Source of the DNA: Octopus sinensis
Taxonomy: Eukaryota
DNA length: 64,000 nucleotides
Assembly: GCF_006345805.1 (NCBI RefSeq)
Contig: NC_043000.1
Location: 95,728,001-95,792,000, forward strand
Direction: 5' to 3'
The translations under genes were made by a program, and so were the position numbers. Below are positions 12,835-27,224 of the stretch, in pieces. The stretch's first letter is position 1; every line of letters begins with the position of its first letter. The notes beneath the pieces are model-generated. The model was not told the origin of the DNA. It worked only from the letters and a program-made list of their open reading frames with translations, and made no database searches.

Positions 12835-15800
12835 TTAAGACATTAGCTTATTTTGCTAAATTCATTATTTTCAAAATTAAATGAAACAAAAGCAGACATT
12901 CAAACTGCGAACTGTATGGGAGTAGAACTGTGGTTTAATCTGGTTTCAAAACAAAAGAGATTCTTACTATTACCATATTATCATTTCCTCTCCTTCATAT
13001 CATGTCACAACAATAGCCTATGTGCCCCCCACCCACCTCACTTTTTTTAAAATATATACAGATGATAGGGTGTAAAAGAAATTTCTTAATCTGAAACCAA
13101 TTTTTTTTAGTGCTTGTGTCATTACCCCTTTTAATAAGAAATACTTAAAATTGATAACAAACAATAAAAAAGTCAGTCATATTGATATCATTGGAATATT
13201 TAATGTAAAATATCTGTTATTGCACAGATTCAAGTTTGCTTATTAAAGATGAAAATTATTTTGAGTGTTTATCGACCCCTTGGATAACCACAGACTCTCA
13301 AGGGATCCATATTAATCACTTTCCCAAACCTGTGTAAATGGGGATTAATTTAGTTCCTAATCCTAATAGGTGAAGATACTACATAAAGGTTGTATCATTG
13401 CCTAGGATGTGGCAAACTATTCTTAATTGGTGAAACAATACCCGATTGCTTATAATGAAGTTCCTATCCAATAGTATAACCAAAACTATTTCCTTTCAGA
13501 GTTTCTTTTTCTGATATACATATTTTACACACATAAAATTTCTATTCTTTACCATACAAGTGGTGGAGGGTAGAGAATAGTTGTTACCTAGGATCAAGAT
13601 AGAAAACAAAAACATTTGAAAATGATGCTTATATCATACAATATTTATGCTAATAACTATAATATAACAACTGCTAGCATAAATTACTTTAACAATAAAT
13701 GCAGATACAACAAGTAAATCAAGTTACTATTCTAGCATAATTTCTGTCATACATTCAATCTGGTCTTTAGATGGGAAGACATCATTTGTACTCTCAAGTT
13801 TCCAGTCAGTCAATATTGAAGGTAATATCAAAGTCCAACTAATTAATCTTTATGAAGAGACACGAGATCAATGCTGCTGAAACATCTATTGTAAAGTGAA
13901 ATAAATATTCCTAATAACTGTACAGCATTTATATAGACTTAATAGCATTGATAACACTGACTTTGATAATTATACCAGTTTCTAAGCAAAGCATGTTTTA
14001 CCCCATGGCCAGACATGTTTTCGCAGAATGTTGGAAATGAATGACACGGCTTGTATGACTGACACTCATATCTATCATACAATGTGAAGACAAGGAGATA
14101 CACACACACACAATGTACTTTTTTTAGTTTTTGTTCATCAAATTCACTCACTAAGTTTTGATTGATCCAGTGCTATAATAGAAGGATCAAGGTGCTTTCT
14201 AACCACACAGACATGCCAGCACCAATTATTAAACAAAAACATTTTGGAGAAGAAATAAAAACCAGATAACTCCTTAAAATGTGTAACTTATTTGACATCA
14301 ACCCACCTCTAGTTCCATGATACCAAAATTTTTTGTTATATTAACGATTTACATTTCAATAAAAGCCCTCCATCATAATTACTCATTTTTGTTACTAAAA
14401 TTATGTGCTCAGATTATTTCTATGTAAGCTTGAGAAGTATGTTAATTTGTTTAAATGACACTGACAGGTTAGGGTTAGGGTATATGTATATCAGAAAAAG
14501 AAGATCTGAGAGGAAATAATTTTGGTTAACGTTATACTAGTTATTGGATAGGAACTTCATTTAAATTCATCAACATGAGAGATATTAAATGGAAAAGATT
14601 ATAAATTAACTGAACATTTTCAACAAAAAACTATCCATAACTCTTAAGAAAAAAAACCCTGGTTACTAAACACAAGCATAATTTTGACAGCATGCTGTAG
14701 ATAAAAAATGAAAAAAGAAAAAGGGAAGGGCAACTAATTGAGAGCTTTCTTTGAAAAGAGGTCATAAGACTTCAATCACTGTCCTGATGCCAAAACACTA
14801 TTCTCTGCTCTTGAAATACAAAGCATTTCCCCACTCAGCATTAAATGAATAAAATTTCAAAAATAGGTACTAAATTACATCAAACAATACTACTGCTGGA
14901 ATGAAATTAAACAAAAATTACAATATACGAAAAAGACTGATTTTAAAACAGTTGTCAAAAATTAAAAAATGCATGATACCAAGAAACATCTAGTACCAAC
15001 AATCGTAGAAAGCACCACATAGAAGAATCCTAAATGTCATTTGAGTTTGAAAGATGAAATGTCCTCTAACCACAAATATCTATGAAAAAGGGTGATCAGC
15101 ACTCATACTTCACTCATTAAATTAACATCAGTGAGGCAACAACAAAATTTTGGATAAATGGTAAATCAATAAACAAAATAGAGACCACATCACTGACAAC
15201 GTTTTAATTTACTTTTCCATGGGTCAGATAAAGATTACATTGAGGAAGAGTGTTCTACAACCAGATATATACTACAACAACCCTCACTCATTTCTAAGCA
15301 AGCCAATTAATCCCCCAGTCTACTGAACAATGTACAGCCCAGACAGTTACATGGAGAACTAGAAACAAGTGATACTGAATATGCCTCTTATTTACAAAGA
15401 TCAAACCAACATATCAACAAACCCAGATATGCTTTTGCAGTGGACTACAAACAACACTACCTGTATGAACAGTGATTCTTTTGTTTACAATCAGTAAACA
15501 CACGAAAACAAGTGAAGGAAAATATGGACTTATTCAAACACTTGCATGTGTGCACATACAGATACACATATGTATATGAGGGGCTTCTTAAATCTCTATC
15601 TATTAATTTCACTCACACTGATCAACACATGGCTTTGGGAGATCAGCTGGCAGTGTTTGTGCAGACTGAACCCATAACCACATCATTCTAAAGAAAACTT
15701 CTTAACCACACAGGCAACCTGTTAGCAAAGCAAATAGGCTAATATTTCACAGAGATCAAAATCTATAAGAGCACAAATTCAAATCTCAAAAATAATTTTT

Positions 15801-15989
15801 AAATGTTAAGAGGTTAAAAAAACAAAAGACGTGTGGAGTTTAGTTCATGACCACAGTTTATTCCAACAAAATACTGACCTTATTTTGATATCAAACAACC
15901 AACAAAATTATTTGAGACAACACCCTAGAATATATAGCTTCTTCAGATTCTTTTCTCCCAAATGATCCAAATATAAAACATATACATCA

Positions 15990-16360
15990 TCAACATCATT
16001 GTTGTTTTTGACATCCATTTTTCCAGGTATGCATAGGTTAGACAAAATTCTAAGAGACTTTCAACAGCCAGATGTCTTTCCTCTCGCCAATCCTCACCTT
16101 GTTTCCAAGCCAAATAATATTTCCTCAGGGTCAGGCATGTTTTGATAGTAGATTGGAAACAAATGGCACTGCTCATTTGCAATTACTGCATGATGTCAAG
16201 ACAAGGGCATGCACGCAAACGCAACCAGCTGCATTCAGTTCCTATCTACTAACCCACATGTCTTTGGTTAACTCAGAGCTATAGAAGACACTTGCCTCTA
16301 GTGCCATGCAGTGATACTAAATCCAAAAACATGATTGGGAAGAACACTACTTGACCACAT
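15990..16360 (-). mobile_element. Degraded SINE with an RTE-like 3' tail
   Basis: The (CAT)n-like tail and 'ACATCCATTTTTCCAGG..CATAGGTTAGAC' match other copies in the window (22130, 36855, 47275, 48370). The tRNA-like head is near 16300-16360. Confidence 0.55.
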
Positions 16361-18079
16361 AGCTATGACTGTCTGTACATACAATAAAAGCCACAAAAAT
16401 AACAAAGCATTAAGAATTTTTTTTTTTTACAATTCAATGAAAAAACATTTTCACTAGCATACGACAACGTAAACAATCTTCTTTAACTGCACCTCAAAGC
16501 CTATTTATTCTTAAAACCAATTGAATTTCTGAAATACTCTTGTGAATTACATCTAATTCATGTAAGAAATAAGAATACAGAGAAAAATTACATGAAAAAA
16601 AATATACAAAACCAAATGTTAAAATGTTTCAATATAATCCAATGTCAAGCCACATTTTCAAACTTACATCATCAATTTTAATGTTTACTTTTCCATGCCC
16701 ACATGGGTCAGACAATATTTCTATGGCCCAGTGTCCTTGTCGCCAACCTTCACCTGTTCTCAAGCAATGTAATATTTCCCCATGACCAGACATGTTTTCA
16801 CATAAGATAAGAAATGTAAAACACAGCTGGTTTGATGGTGACACTAACATACAAATATGCTTTGACTGAACTGTGGCTATAGTAGAAAACACTTACCCAG
16901 GGTACCACTCAGTGAGACTGAACCCAAAAATTTGTGAAACAAGAAAAAAAATTTTGGAGATATGTTAGCATACTTTGCCAACATTTTCTGATAGGAGGCA
17001 ACAGAAATGCTTAAGTTCTGATTGCAATGAATTCAAAAATCAAATTTGTATGATAATCCTTCTGGAACAAGTATTTTAAAAAATTGAAATAAAATATGCA
17101 AGCAAATTCCTTACAGAATAACAGTAAGTCAATACTCTTTTTGTTAGCATGTTTCTGTTGAAATAGTCTTCATTTCAATTAATTTTAAAAATAAATAAAT
17201 CTAAAATAACTGTCATTATTAAGCTGGTATTTGAAACAGGAAATTTTTTTGAAAGGTTTTAATTTAGATCACTTTAAAACAAGTTTGTACCATAGAATCT
17301 GAGACAGTGTTAGGTGAAAGGGTTAAAAGGAAAAAATATTGTATTCCCACTCCTGTTAGTCTTTCATCAATTCAACAGTTAACCAGAAATTTCTTAAACC
17401 AGTAGTAAGTTGTTTGCCCAATCAATAATATAACAGCCAGATTCATTCTATGATTTTAGTCAAAAATTCCCAGCTACTGTACCAAACAAAGAAAAAAATC
17501 ACAAAGAAAAGAAACAAGAATTGATTGCATAAAAGATTTTAAAATTACTCCATTGAAATATAAGATACTGGATCATCTGTCTATCAATATGACAGAACTC
17601 TAACTAACCACACCCAATAGTAAAAAAGAAACTAAAATTCACAAAATGTTACATATTTTTCAACAAGTCAAAATGACAAATTATAAATCATGCCTACATC
17701 AATTATATAATAGTTACTGATTTAGGTACAAGGCTAGCAATTTTTAGGAGAGGAGGTTAGCCAATACCATCTGAAGAGATGAAAAGGTAAAGTTTATCTA
17801 GGCAGGATTTGAACTCAGCATGTAAAGAGCCAAAATACTGTAAAGCATCTTTCTAGGGCTCAAACACTTCTTGCTGCCTTGCCTACATTAATTATAATGT
17901 AATAATTGTGTAGTTTCAGGTCAGCCCTAATCCAAGGGCTAAGTAAAATCCACAGAACTATATATCTGTGCCTCCACATTCCAACATGAAGTGATTCACA
18001 AGTTGCACTTTACCCACAATTTCTGTATAACTGCTTAGTCCCAGATTTAAAGTTGGTCTGATGCAGTTAGAAGGGTAAT

Positions 18080-18750
18080 TCATCATCATCATCATCATCA
18101 TTTAACGTCCGCTTTCCATGCTAGCATGGGTTGGACGGTTCAACTGGGGTCTGGGGAGCCCGAAAGCTGCACCAGTCCAGTCAGATCTGGCAGTGTTTCT
18201 ACAGCTGGATGCCCTTCCTAACGCCAACCACTCCGAGAGTGTAGTGGGTGATTCTATGTGCCACCGACACAGGTGCCAGACGAGGCTGACAAACGGCCAC
18301 GCTCGGATGGTGTTTTTTATGTGCCACCGACACAGGTGCCAGACGAGGCTGGCAGACGGCCACGCTCGGATGGTGTTTTTTATGTGCCACCGACACAGGT
18401 GCCAGACGAGGCTGGCAGACGGCCACGCTCGGATGTGTTTTTATGTGCCACCGACACAGGTGCCAGACGAGGCTGGCAGACGGCCACGCTCGGATGGTGT
18501 TTTGGTGTTTTTATGTGCCACCGACACAGGTGCCAGATGAGGCTGGCAAACGGCCACGATCGGATGGTGCTTGTTACGTGCCCACAGCACGGAGGCAGTC
18601 GATGCGGTACTGGCTACGGCCACGTTCGGATGGTTTTCTTATGTGCCACTGCCACCGGCACTGTACCACAAAGATACAAATTCCATTGATGTTCATCTAT
18701 TTTGATTTGTTTTGATTTGATTTGATTTTCACTTGCCTCAACAGGTCTTT
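18080..18750 (-). mobile_element. Young SINE/RTE-tail element carrying a 63-bp minisatellite
   Basis: A (CAT)7 tail at ~18081-18101 and TTTAACGTCCGCTTTCCATGCTAGCATGGG (reverse of the RTE-type 3' end seen elsewhere) mark one end. (GATTT)n lies at ~18703-18728. CpGs are intact within a CpG-depleted intron. Confidence 0.7.
18256..18650. repeat. Minisatellite: five near-identical 61-70 bp units plus one diverged unit
   Basis: Unit ATGTGCCACCGACACAGGTGCCAGACGAGGCTGGCAGACGGCCACGCTCGGATGGTGTTTTTT starts at 18256, 18319, 18382, 18443 and 18513. A diverged unit starts at 18576 and a partial one at 18641. Confidence 0.95.
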
Positions 18751-18953
18751 GTTGGGCATTAATCCTAATGAATTAAAGAAACATACAGAAGCTACTCCTG
18801 TACACTTTTTGTCACTGTTTATCCTCAAATGAATTCTCATGGAACAAAATTACAGAAAAAGAAAAGATCATTGATGCCATGACCATCCTATCTTATTTTC
18901 AGAGTTAATAAATCTGAAACCACATACAAATGTCATTTCTTGAGATTATAGAG

Positions 18954-19094
18954 CAGCCGTGGGCAACCTGTGGCCCGCAAGGTTTTGAGGTGGCATACCT
19001 AATGAAAAATTACTATCACATTTCTTAGTAGAGCAGCCCACTAGATTATGGTCCATCTCGTGGCCTGCTTCTCAAAAAACTTTGCCCGTGCCTC
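18954..19094. mobile_element. hAT-type MITE remnant
   Basis: CAGCCGTGGGCAACCTGTGGCCCGC at the left and a degenerate inverted copy TTTGCCCGTGCCT at the right. No clear 8-bp TSD. Confidence 0.45.
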
Positions 19095-22000
19095 TGTGGT
19101 AGAGTGTGATTTGAGTGAGACATTACTCTGTTTCTAACAGGTTGACCAACCATGAAGTTCCCTCATTCCATTCTAGTTTCAGCTACAGAAGTCAGGATGG
19201 ACCAATCAGCATGTGACAATTTCTGTTCCTCTATACAAATCATATGGTCTGATATTCACATTTACTAATGTAACAATTGTTAAATTTTAGGGTACTAACA
19301 AGGAAAATTACATATGTAACGCCTTATTAGAAATGCTTATTTTCTCTTTTTCAATAAATGACTATTTAAAATTTACCAATTCCTCAATTCAGAAAAATGA
19401 ATACTACCTCCAGATGAAATTTAATTTCACAACCAAGATTTTAATGATCACTATCATGCAACACATATTTCACGAAGAGAGATTACTTACTAAAAGAAAC
19501 AAGATATCAACAAAACTTGAAGGAAAGAGCAAAACAAACCAAGAAAATTTTTTAAAAAGCATGAAATATTATTGAGTATGCTGCCAATAATGAAATACAA
19601 ATGAAGATTTGAAATTTAGCAAAAAATTTTTTTAAGGTGAAGGGAGATGAAATCAAGCTCAAATTTTCATTAAAAAAGTCTCTTGAAAGTTAATAAATAA
19701 CCAAAAAAAACAAACTTTTTAGACATTTTAACTTAATAGATTGGAACAAGAGTGTTCAAGAACAAAATGCTTGTGGATCAACATTGATTTTTTTTTTTTT
19801 TTTTTTGCTTTTTCTCCCTAATGTTGAATTTTGTTAGCAACTAAGCTTACAAAATTGACTGCATAAAAACAACTGAATTCTTTTAAATAGTTGAAAAAAT
19901 ATTTTCAACATTGCTGTTACTTATCATCCCTCAACACCTGTTTATCATTATATTCACCTCCAAATCCATTTCCCATCTCTCTCTTTCTCACCCATAGACT
20001 CATAACCTCTATGCACCTACAACTCTCTGTTCTGTTTCTATTCCTATTTACCTCATACCTTGAGGGGCCACTCTGATACCTCATCACCACTACTTTATTT
20101 ATTTCTAGCTCTACCCCCACTCATTCCCACCCTCTCATGTGTGTAGCCATATAGCTCCTCTACAGTAAAAAAAATTTGATCTCATCCCGCTCTTCTTATA
20201 CTTTAACCCATCATCACTTAACATAAAATCACTTCCCTCTCTACTATAACCTAACTCAGTTGAAGGAGGTCATATTTGCAAGCTGCACAACAACTTCAGC
20301 AATGCTGGTACCATGAAAAGAGTATCCTGTACTTGCTGTAAATTGGTTGGCATTAGGAATCATGCCAAAGTAGACTAGAGCACTATGTAGTCTTTGGATT
20401 TATCAGATCCTAAAAAGCCATCCTACTAATGCTAGCATGGAACACAGACATTAAAAGATGATGATGATGCTATTAGGAAGGGAATATTGTTAAACACAAA
20501 ATTGAATTAACATCATATAGTAGCTACTAAAGCAAGTTTGGGCCTCACAGAATGATTAATTTACATTAAATGAAAAGATGCATGCTTTTAGAAAATTGAA
20601 ACCATTTCTAACATACATTACATTTTCTAAATGATTTTTAATAAGATAAATCTAACAATCTTTCAGCTGATTGATTATTCATAACTTCCTAGATATTTTA
20701 CAAGTGACAAAGATAACTCAGATTAATAGGGGAGGAAAAGGAGATCGTGTGACATTCATGTCTTGAAGGGCATTAAGAAATACAAGCGACATGATATTTT
20801 TAACTTGAAACTAGCTTACAATCAATCTTTGCTTACTGAATGATAGCATATATACAGCACAAATATTAACACTAGTTAAGACAAAGGTTTTGGTTTGAAA
20901 TTAACTCCTTAATCAGAATATGCTATAAAACATTAAAAGCAAAAACATACAAAATGTATGGTAAAAGAAAATGTCCAACACGAGCCACAATTGGAGATGA
21001 CTGTTCATATATTGCTCATGGACATCAATATTCATAAGAAGCTACAAAAAAAAAAAAAAAAAAAAAAAAGTGGTTGCACACATGAAATAGCCAGATGCTA
21101 AACTAAGATGCACAATATTTAACCACTTCATCTCTTTCAAGAACTTAAATATTCAACCCTTTTACCACAGAAATCAGAACCACTCATCATTTCATAACTC
21201 TTAACTGCAGAAAGCAGTTTTATATACCAATCCATCTTTTGTTGAGGAATGTCAAGTTTATTAAGGCAATATGACTTGCAGAAAATACCAGTTCTACTTT
21301 TTAATAGACATTTATCATTACTAGAATAATCTAGAAATTAAATTTCACAGTTAAAAGGTTAATGACTAACAATAAGGACATGGAAGTCAACCAGAATTAT
21401 CCTACATTGCAAGTACACTAGTACATGAGTTTTTATAACACATTTTGGACAATTTGGAAAGCTTGGCCATTATCAAGAAATCATGTGGCCAGGACTCCTC
21501 AATCTACATAAAAGCTTGCCCATTTAGGAGGGTATGAGCATCAAATAAAATCTGAAACAGTAGATAGAATGTCAAGTCCTTGTACATGACACAACCTCTC
21601 TGGAACTGATAACAGGATGAAAACACATCCAGGCTACACTTTAAGATGAACACAACACCACTGTTCATCAGTTTTTTCAATTGCAGTGTTCAAGATATAA
21701 ACTGAGATAACTTGACCAACTCATGCCAACATAGAAAAACAAATGGACTTAAGAAAATGACGGGAAGCATTTTTAACCTGTTACCATATATCTCTTGAAG
21801 AATTTAGCAAAATAACTCATTATTATGCTGGTGTTTGGAACATAAATTTTAATGAAAAGTTTTAAATCACTTTGAAACAGGAACTAAGAATGGCCTTGAA
21901 AGTTAGAAGCTCTAAAATGTTTTTGGAATGAAAGCAAAAAAAAAAAAAAAATTGTTGCCTAGTTCTTATCTCTATAAATTCTAAATGTTGCAACCTTCAT

Positions 22001-22100
22001 ATTCTTATTTAGGTGCATACATTTACTAACAGCTTAATATCTTAGTGCACTAGCTTAAACAAATTCTAAAATACATCAATAGCTACGTTGTTGAGAACAT

Positions 22101-22137
<37 letters not shown>

Positions 22138-25100
22138 CTTTTATTCTAATGTCCACTTCTTCATGGAATTTGTCAAGGCATATTTTCTTCAGTCAAATCT
22201 CTTCCTGTCACCACCCATCACCTGTTTCCAAGTAAGGCTATAGTTCCCTAGGACCAGATGTTTTCACAGAATATTGGAAACAACGGACACTGCCACTCAT
22301 TTACAGCTATCATATAATGTGAAGGCAGAGTAACAGTAACTCACACAACAGGTTTCTTTTAGTTTCTATCAAATCCACTCATAAGGCTTTAGTCAGCCTA
22401 CAGTGCCACACAGTGAGACTGAACCTGGAACGATGTGGTTGAGAAGCAAACTTCTTACCACACACCCACACTTGATAGCGATATTAAAAGAGAAACTAAA
22501 CATTGCATTATTTGTTATTTAGTGTGAAGCCAGCCTTGATCAAAGGTATTCCAATAACCATCCTTGTTTTAAAACAGTAGAATGTAATAGATTGTGGCAA
22601 ATTTGATGGCTATTTCTTGCAAATCCAGCAGCAGCCCATCTCGTGCTGGCTTGTAGATCATACAAATGTTTACTAAAACCAACTGCAAATATCTTTTTTT
22701 TTTACAGATTTGTCACAAATGATCAAGATTGTCATAACTGGTAATTACTAAAATTAATCAGCTTTAAGAAAATTAAAATATTTCTTTGATTATTCTTAAA
22801 GTATATTTTTGCAATAATCAGGAATGATATTCTTCCCCCATCAACCAAGATTTTTCTCTCGCACATTAATAGGTGCAGGTACAGCTGCCTGATTAAGAAG
22901 TTTGTTTCCCAACACATGAGTTCAGCTTCAATTTCTTCTACAATGTATAGCTTCCCGCTCACCAAAGCCTTTTGGGTACATCTTATAGATGGAAACTAAG
23001 ACCGACCATCATAGTCATATGGGTGTGTCCCCGACCCTTGAGTTGACCACATACTTGTCATTCATTTCCAATCTTCCCTGAATACATACATGTCCAACCA
23101 TGGAGGAAATATTACCTTGCGTGGTAAAAAGGGAAGGGTTAGTAAGAGGAAAAGTATCAGACTATAGAAAATCTGCTGAAACAAGTTTTGCATGCATGGA
23201 AAAATGGACAATATGAAGATGAAGATTCCCTTTTATCTGTCATTACAAACTTTTCTGAGAAGACACTAGAAACAAAAGAAGCAGTGAGTAAATAGAAAAG
23301 AAATTACTTATATGTAACACAAGACTATGCATATTGGAGGACAGGTGGGATAAAAAATTAACCTGTGCTTATTTCTCTAACATCAAACCCTAGCAGTATT
23401 TGAGCTTAAAACAAAGGAAGAAGACTAAAAATACAAGGTATTAAGTCCAAATATGCTGCCATGCCTTCCTCTTCACATTAATTAAAATAAGCACAATACC
23501 AAAAATTTTAGGGGAGGGGTTAGTCAACTGTATCAACTTGAGTATGATGGGTACTTTGTTTTGTCAACCTGAAAGGATGAAAGACAAAGTTGACTGAACA
23601 CAGAAAGGTATAAAGTTTGAAGGAATATACCATTAGGCATTTGTCTTTATGATATGCTCTAACAATTCTGCCAATCTACTGCTCTTAATTAACAATAATG
23701 ATGACACCTACACAAAAATTGAATCAAAAATTTGCTTGCTATTCATTCTATAATAAATCAAAACAAATACAGCTTTTTTTTAGAAAGCTTTACTTCACTG
23801 AAACATGAAATGTATTTTAATTATATAACTAACTGAAATACAGCTTATTCACTTTAACAGGTTACCTAAGAAATCACACACACACATTAGTGGATTTTAT
23901 ATGGTCCAAAAATATTGGTTTCTTGAAGAAAGCCTACAATACCATCTATACCTTCTCGTGATGCTAGCAGGTTGGGAAATGAAACATTTCTCCCAGATAC
24001 TGCACATTGTATTTGACAGAATGACAAGAAACTGTATAGAAGTGAAAAGTTTACAAATTTCTACCAATACAAAACTGAGAACAGTTTGACCTATTGTGCT
24101 GCAGTGTACGTAATAATTGCTCCAGACCTGGTTGAAAGAGATTACAAAAAGTTATCAAAACAATGAAGGAGCTTCTATGCAACTGACCAACTTAGTCACA
24201 AACCAACAGCCAAAATTTACACTAAATAACTCACTGATGTCCTAAAAAACAGAAAGAGATCTTGATTCAGAAAAGGATTATCACATCTTAAATGTCTTTG
24301 ATCATAAGCTTGTTCAATCAAGGTTTTGACTGATGTGGAAACAAGAGTAGAAGACAAACACTACCACTTTGCTACTCAAGATGTCACTAGCAGAGAGTAT
24401 ACAGTCACAAGCCACACCCATCACAGGGTATTGACTCTAATGTCCAGGCAAATACTTCTTAGTTTTAGTCATCATGACCGAAGCTACACAAGAGCAGCAC
24501 CAGAATGGCAAGGCATATTTCAGAAAAATTCTCAAAAACTCAAATCGTATTCCTTACTCATGAGTCCACATATTAACTAAAATAATCACATTATTTTTAA
24601 TTACTTACAACTGTATTACACATTTATACTGAACATTTCTTTCTCTCTTCCAAAACTCAAATCCTATTCCTTATCCACGAGTCTATATGTATTCATGGAC
24701 ATGCATTTATATTCACCAATATAATCATGTTATATGTAATTATAATATAACTGCAGTATTACACATTATTTCATATATAGCCTATTGTTCTTTAAAAACT
24801 TTGCATGTTAACTCTGCACTTCACTATTGCAATGATTATAAAGAATAGCAGAAGTCCATAACAAATAAGATACAATTTTAACTAGATTCATAAGAGGAAG
24901 ACCACAAGAAGGAAAATAGAAAAGAGACAATACAACAGCCTCTTCTAAGATAATTTGTTTTAAAAAGACACAAACATTGCAACTCTCTATAAATTATACC
25001 TTGATGCTAGAGTATTGGGAATTTACCATACAACTGTTACATTTTGATACTTTTCCTAAAACTAAATTCTTTTAAAGCAACTTAGCTTTTTAATTCTATC

Positions 25101-25417
25101 TTTTACCTGTTTCAGTCATTGTACTGTGGTCATGCTGGGGCACCGCCTTGAAGGATTTTTTAGTTGTAAAAATCGTCCCCAAGACTTGCATTTTTTTTAG
25201 CCAAACCACTAAGTTACAGGGAACATAAATTAACACCAATTGTTAAGAAACACAGATACAAGCCTTTTTCAGTTTCCATCTACCAAATCCACTCACAAGG
25301 CTTTGGTCGGCCCAGGGCTTTAGAAGATACATGCCCAAGCTGCCACACAGTGAGACTGAACAGGGCAATCATGTGGCTGGGAAGCAAATTTCTTACCACA
25401 CAGCCACGCCTGCGCCT
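25101..25417 (-). mobile_element. tRNA-derived SINE
   Basis: On the minus strand the head reads AGGCGCAGGCGTGGCTGTGTGGTAAG (A-box-like) ... GTTCAGTCTC (B-box-like). The tail TGACTGAAACAGGTAAAA is shared with the copies at 37147 and 45809. Confidence 0.75.
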
Positions 25418-27204
25418 CAGGAAAAAAGATGTTATCTATCCAATTTTAAATTGATCCTATTTGTTAAATTCTGAACCAACCAAATCTTTCATTTAAAACA
25501 GTTATTGATTCAGAACCAAACCATAAATGAACATTTTTCAAAATTTAAATCTAAGTTTACCTCCACATCTATTTCAAATGTTTGAAGTCGGCTTCAATTG
25601 ATTCAAGAAACTAAAACTAGAGTTCTCAGTACACAGCATTACATTTCGCCTTAATGAACAACCACTTTTCTATAATCAAGCATATATTAATTTAGATATT
25701 TGCCTCAATTGCCGAAAAAGCTGCTCGATATCCAAACATTCAAATGTGCCAAACTTCCTGGTTTGGGATGATAATGGATAAACTGAAATATTATTTATAA
25801 CATCCTTTAAAATGTTATATTTCACTTCCATAAGATTTTCTTTTTGTTTTGGAGTTTTTATTTTTTTATTTTAGAAATTTTAGGTAGTTTTATGTTAACA
25901 AGAAATTAAACAGGAGCTAGATATCGCTGTTCTGTTGATTTTTAGTAGCTTAATATTTAAATGTACATCACTATTGAGAACTATTTCTACCTAATGTGAA
26001 AAAATATGTACATATACAACCCTAAGCCTTTCAAATGGTACATAGGCTTGAAGACAAGAACCATTAAATGACGAAAGATATTTAAGAATAACAGTTACGT
26101 AACGTTTCAATAATCTAAAATACCCGTTACATTTTTTTTTTTATTTACTGTTTACTAACCTGTAGAAGAATTCGAACAAGAGACAACCAGGACAGGTGAA
26201 TATTTATTTATATTTTAATTTTAAATACAAACCGAAACGATCTAGGAAGAAAAGCAAAACATAAATGCTATTCAGTATAACAAATGACCTGCTAAAAGAA
26301 AATAAAACCAACAACACGCGCATAACAGAATTTGAAAACCGTATTTATTCAGCCCAGACGTTTTTGTTATTTGAATAAAAGTGCATAATGGGGAAAAGCA
26401 TACAGTATGCAATAATAATAGAGAGAAAAATATAGTGAGCAATTAAAGAGTTGACAGAATGAGAAACAACTGAGACAATTACTGACCCTAAAATAAAAAT
26501 TTATGGATTTCTATACAATAGCACTTAGCAAGCAAATCATTAACTGAAGTAAGAGACACTTTAAAACAATGAATTTAATTCAATAGAACCTAATGGCGGG
26601 AAAACGACGTCATATCGCATGTTCCCCAGTGGTAAATTTCTGAAAGGAACCATTTCAGATTATGGCTATAACAAAAAGACATCAAGGGTCGAGTGATAGA
26701 TACACGTTATCAGATATTAGAATAAATTAGGATTTGCGTAGATCAAAACACCACCTTGATAGGCAGGCAGGTAACAATAGTTCGTGCAAGCTTTCAAATA
26801 AAGGCAAAATAAACAATGTTTTGGATCAGGATTTCAAAAATAAATAGCGGACAAGGTTGTGTGACTGTTCTAAAATTAGTCTACGATAATTAATGGTAAA
26901 GACCAACAGTTAAATAAAATAAAATACCGACAAGATAACTGTTCCCCAGCGTTAATCGTCTCTAATACTAACTAGGTCAGATCATGTGTGATTAAAAAAA
27001 GCAAGAAATGACAGAAAATCTTACAAACACGCAAATTAGCGACAAGTTTTAAAATACTACATCAGAAAGACGGTTTAAAAGTAATTATAGCAATAACAGT
27101 AATAAAGGAGAATTAAAATGATTCCAAGAAACAGTACATTTTTATTTTAGCTAACACGTTCACAATCGTTTTCCTTTTTTTACTACCCTAAACAGCGTGC
27201 GATA

Positions 27205-27224
27205 CGCGCGCGCGCGCGCGCGCG
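27205..27224. repeat. (CG)10 tract followed by (TG)3
   Basis: GATA-CGCGCGCGCGCGCGCGCGCG-TGTGTG read directly. Confidence 0.95.

Noticed and set aside
18118-18715. CRISPR-like array or real proteins from the overlapping repetitive ORFs
   Set aside because: The units are directly tandem with no unique spacers, no cas genes are present, and the context is eukaryotic. The ORFs arise on both strands from the ~63-bp period.
26166-26195. Plus-strand 30-nt microexon preceded by TACTAAC
   Set aside because: The branch motif is too close to the AG. It is simply the reverse complement of the minus-strand donor, and there is no plus-strand gene context.
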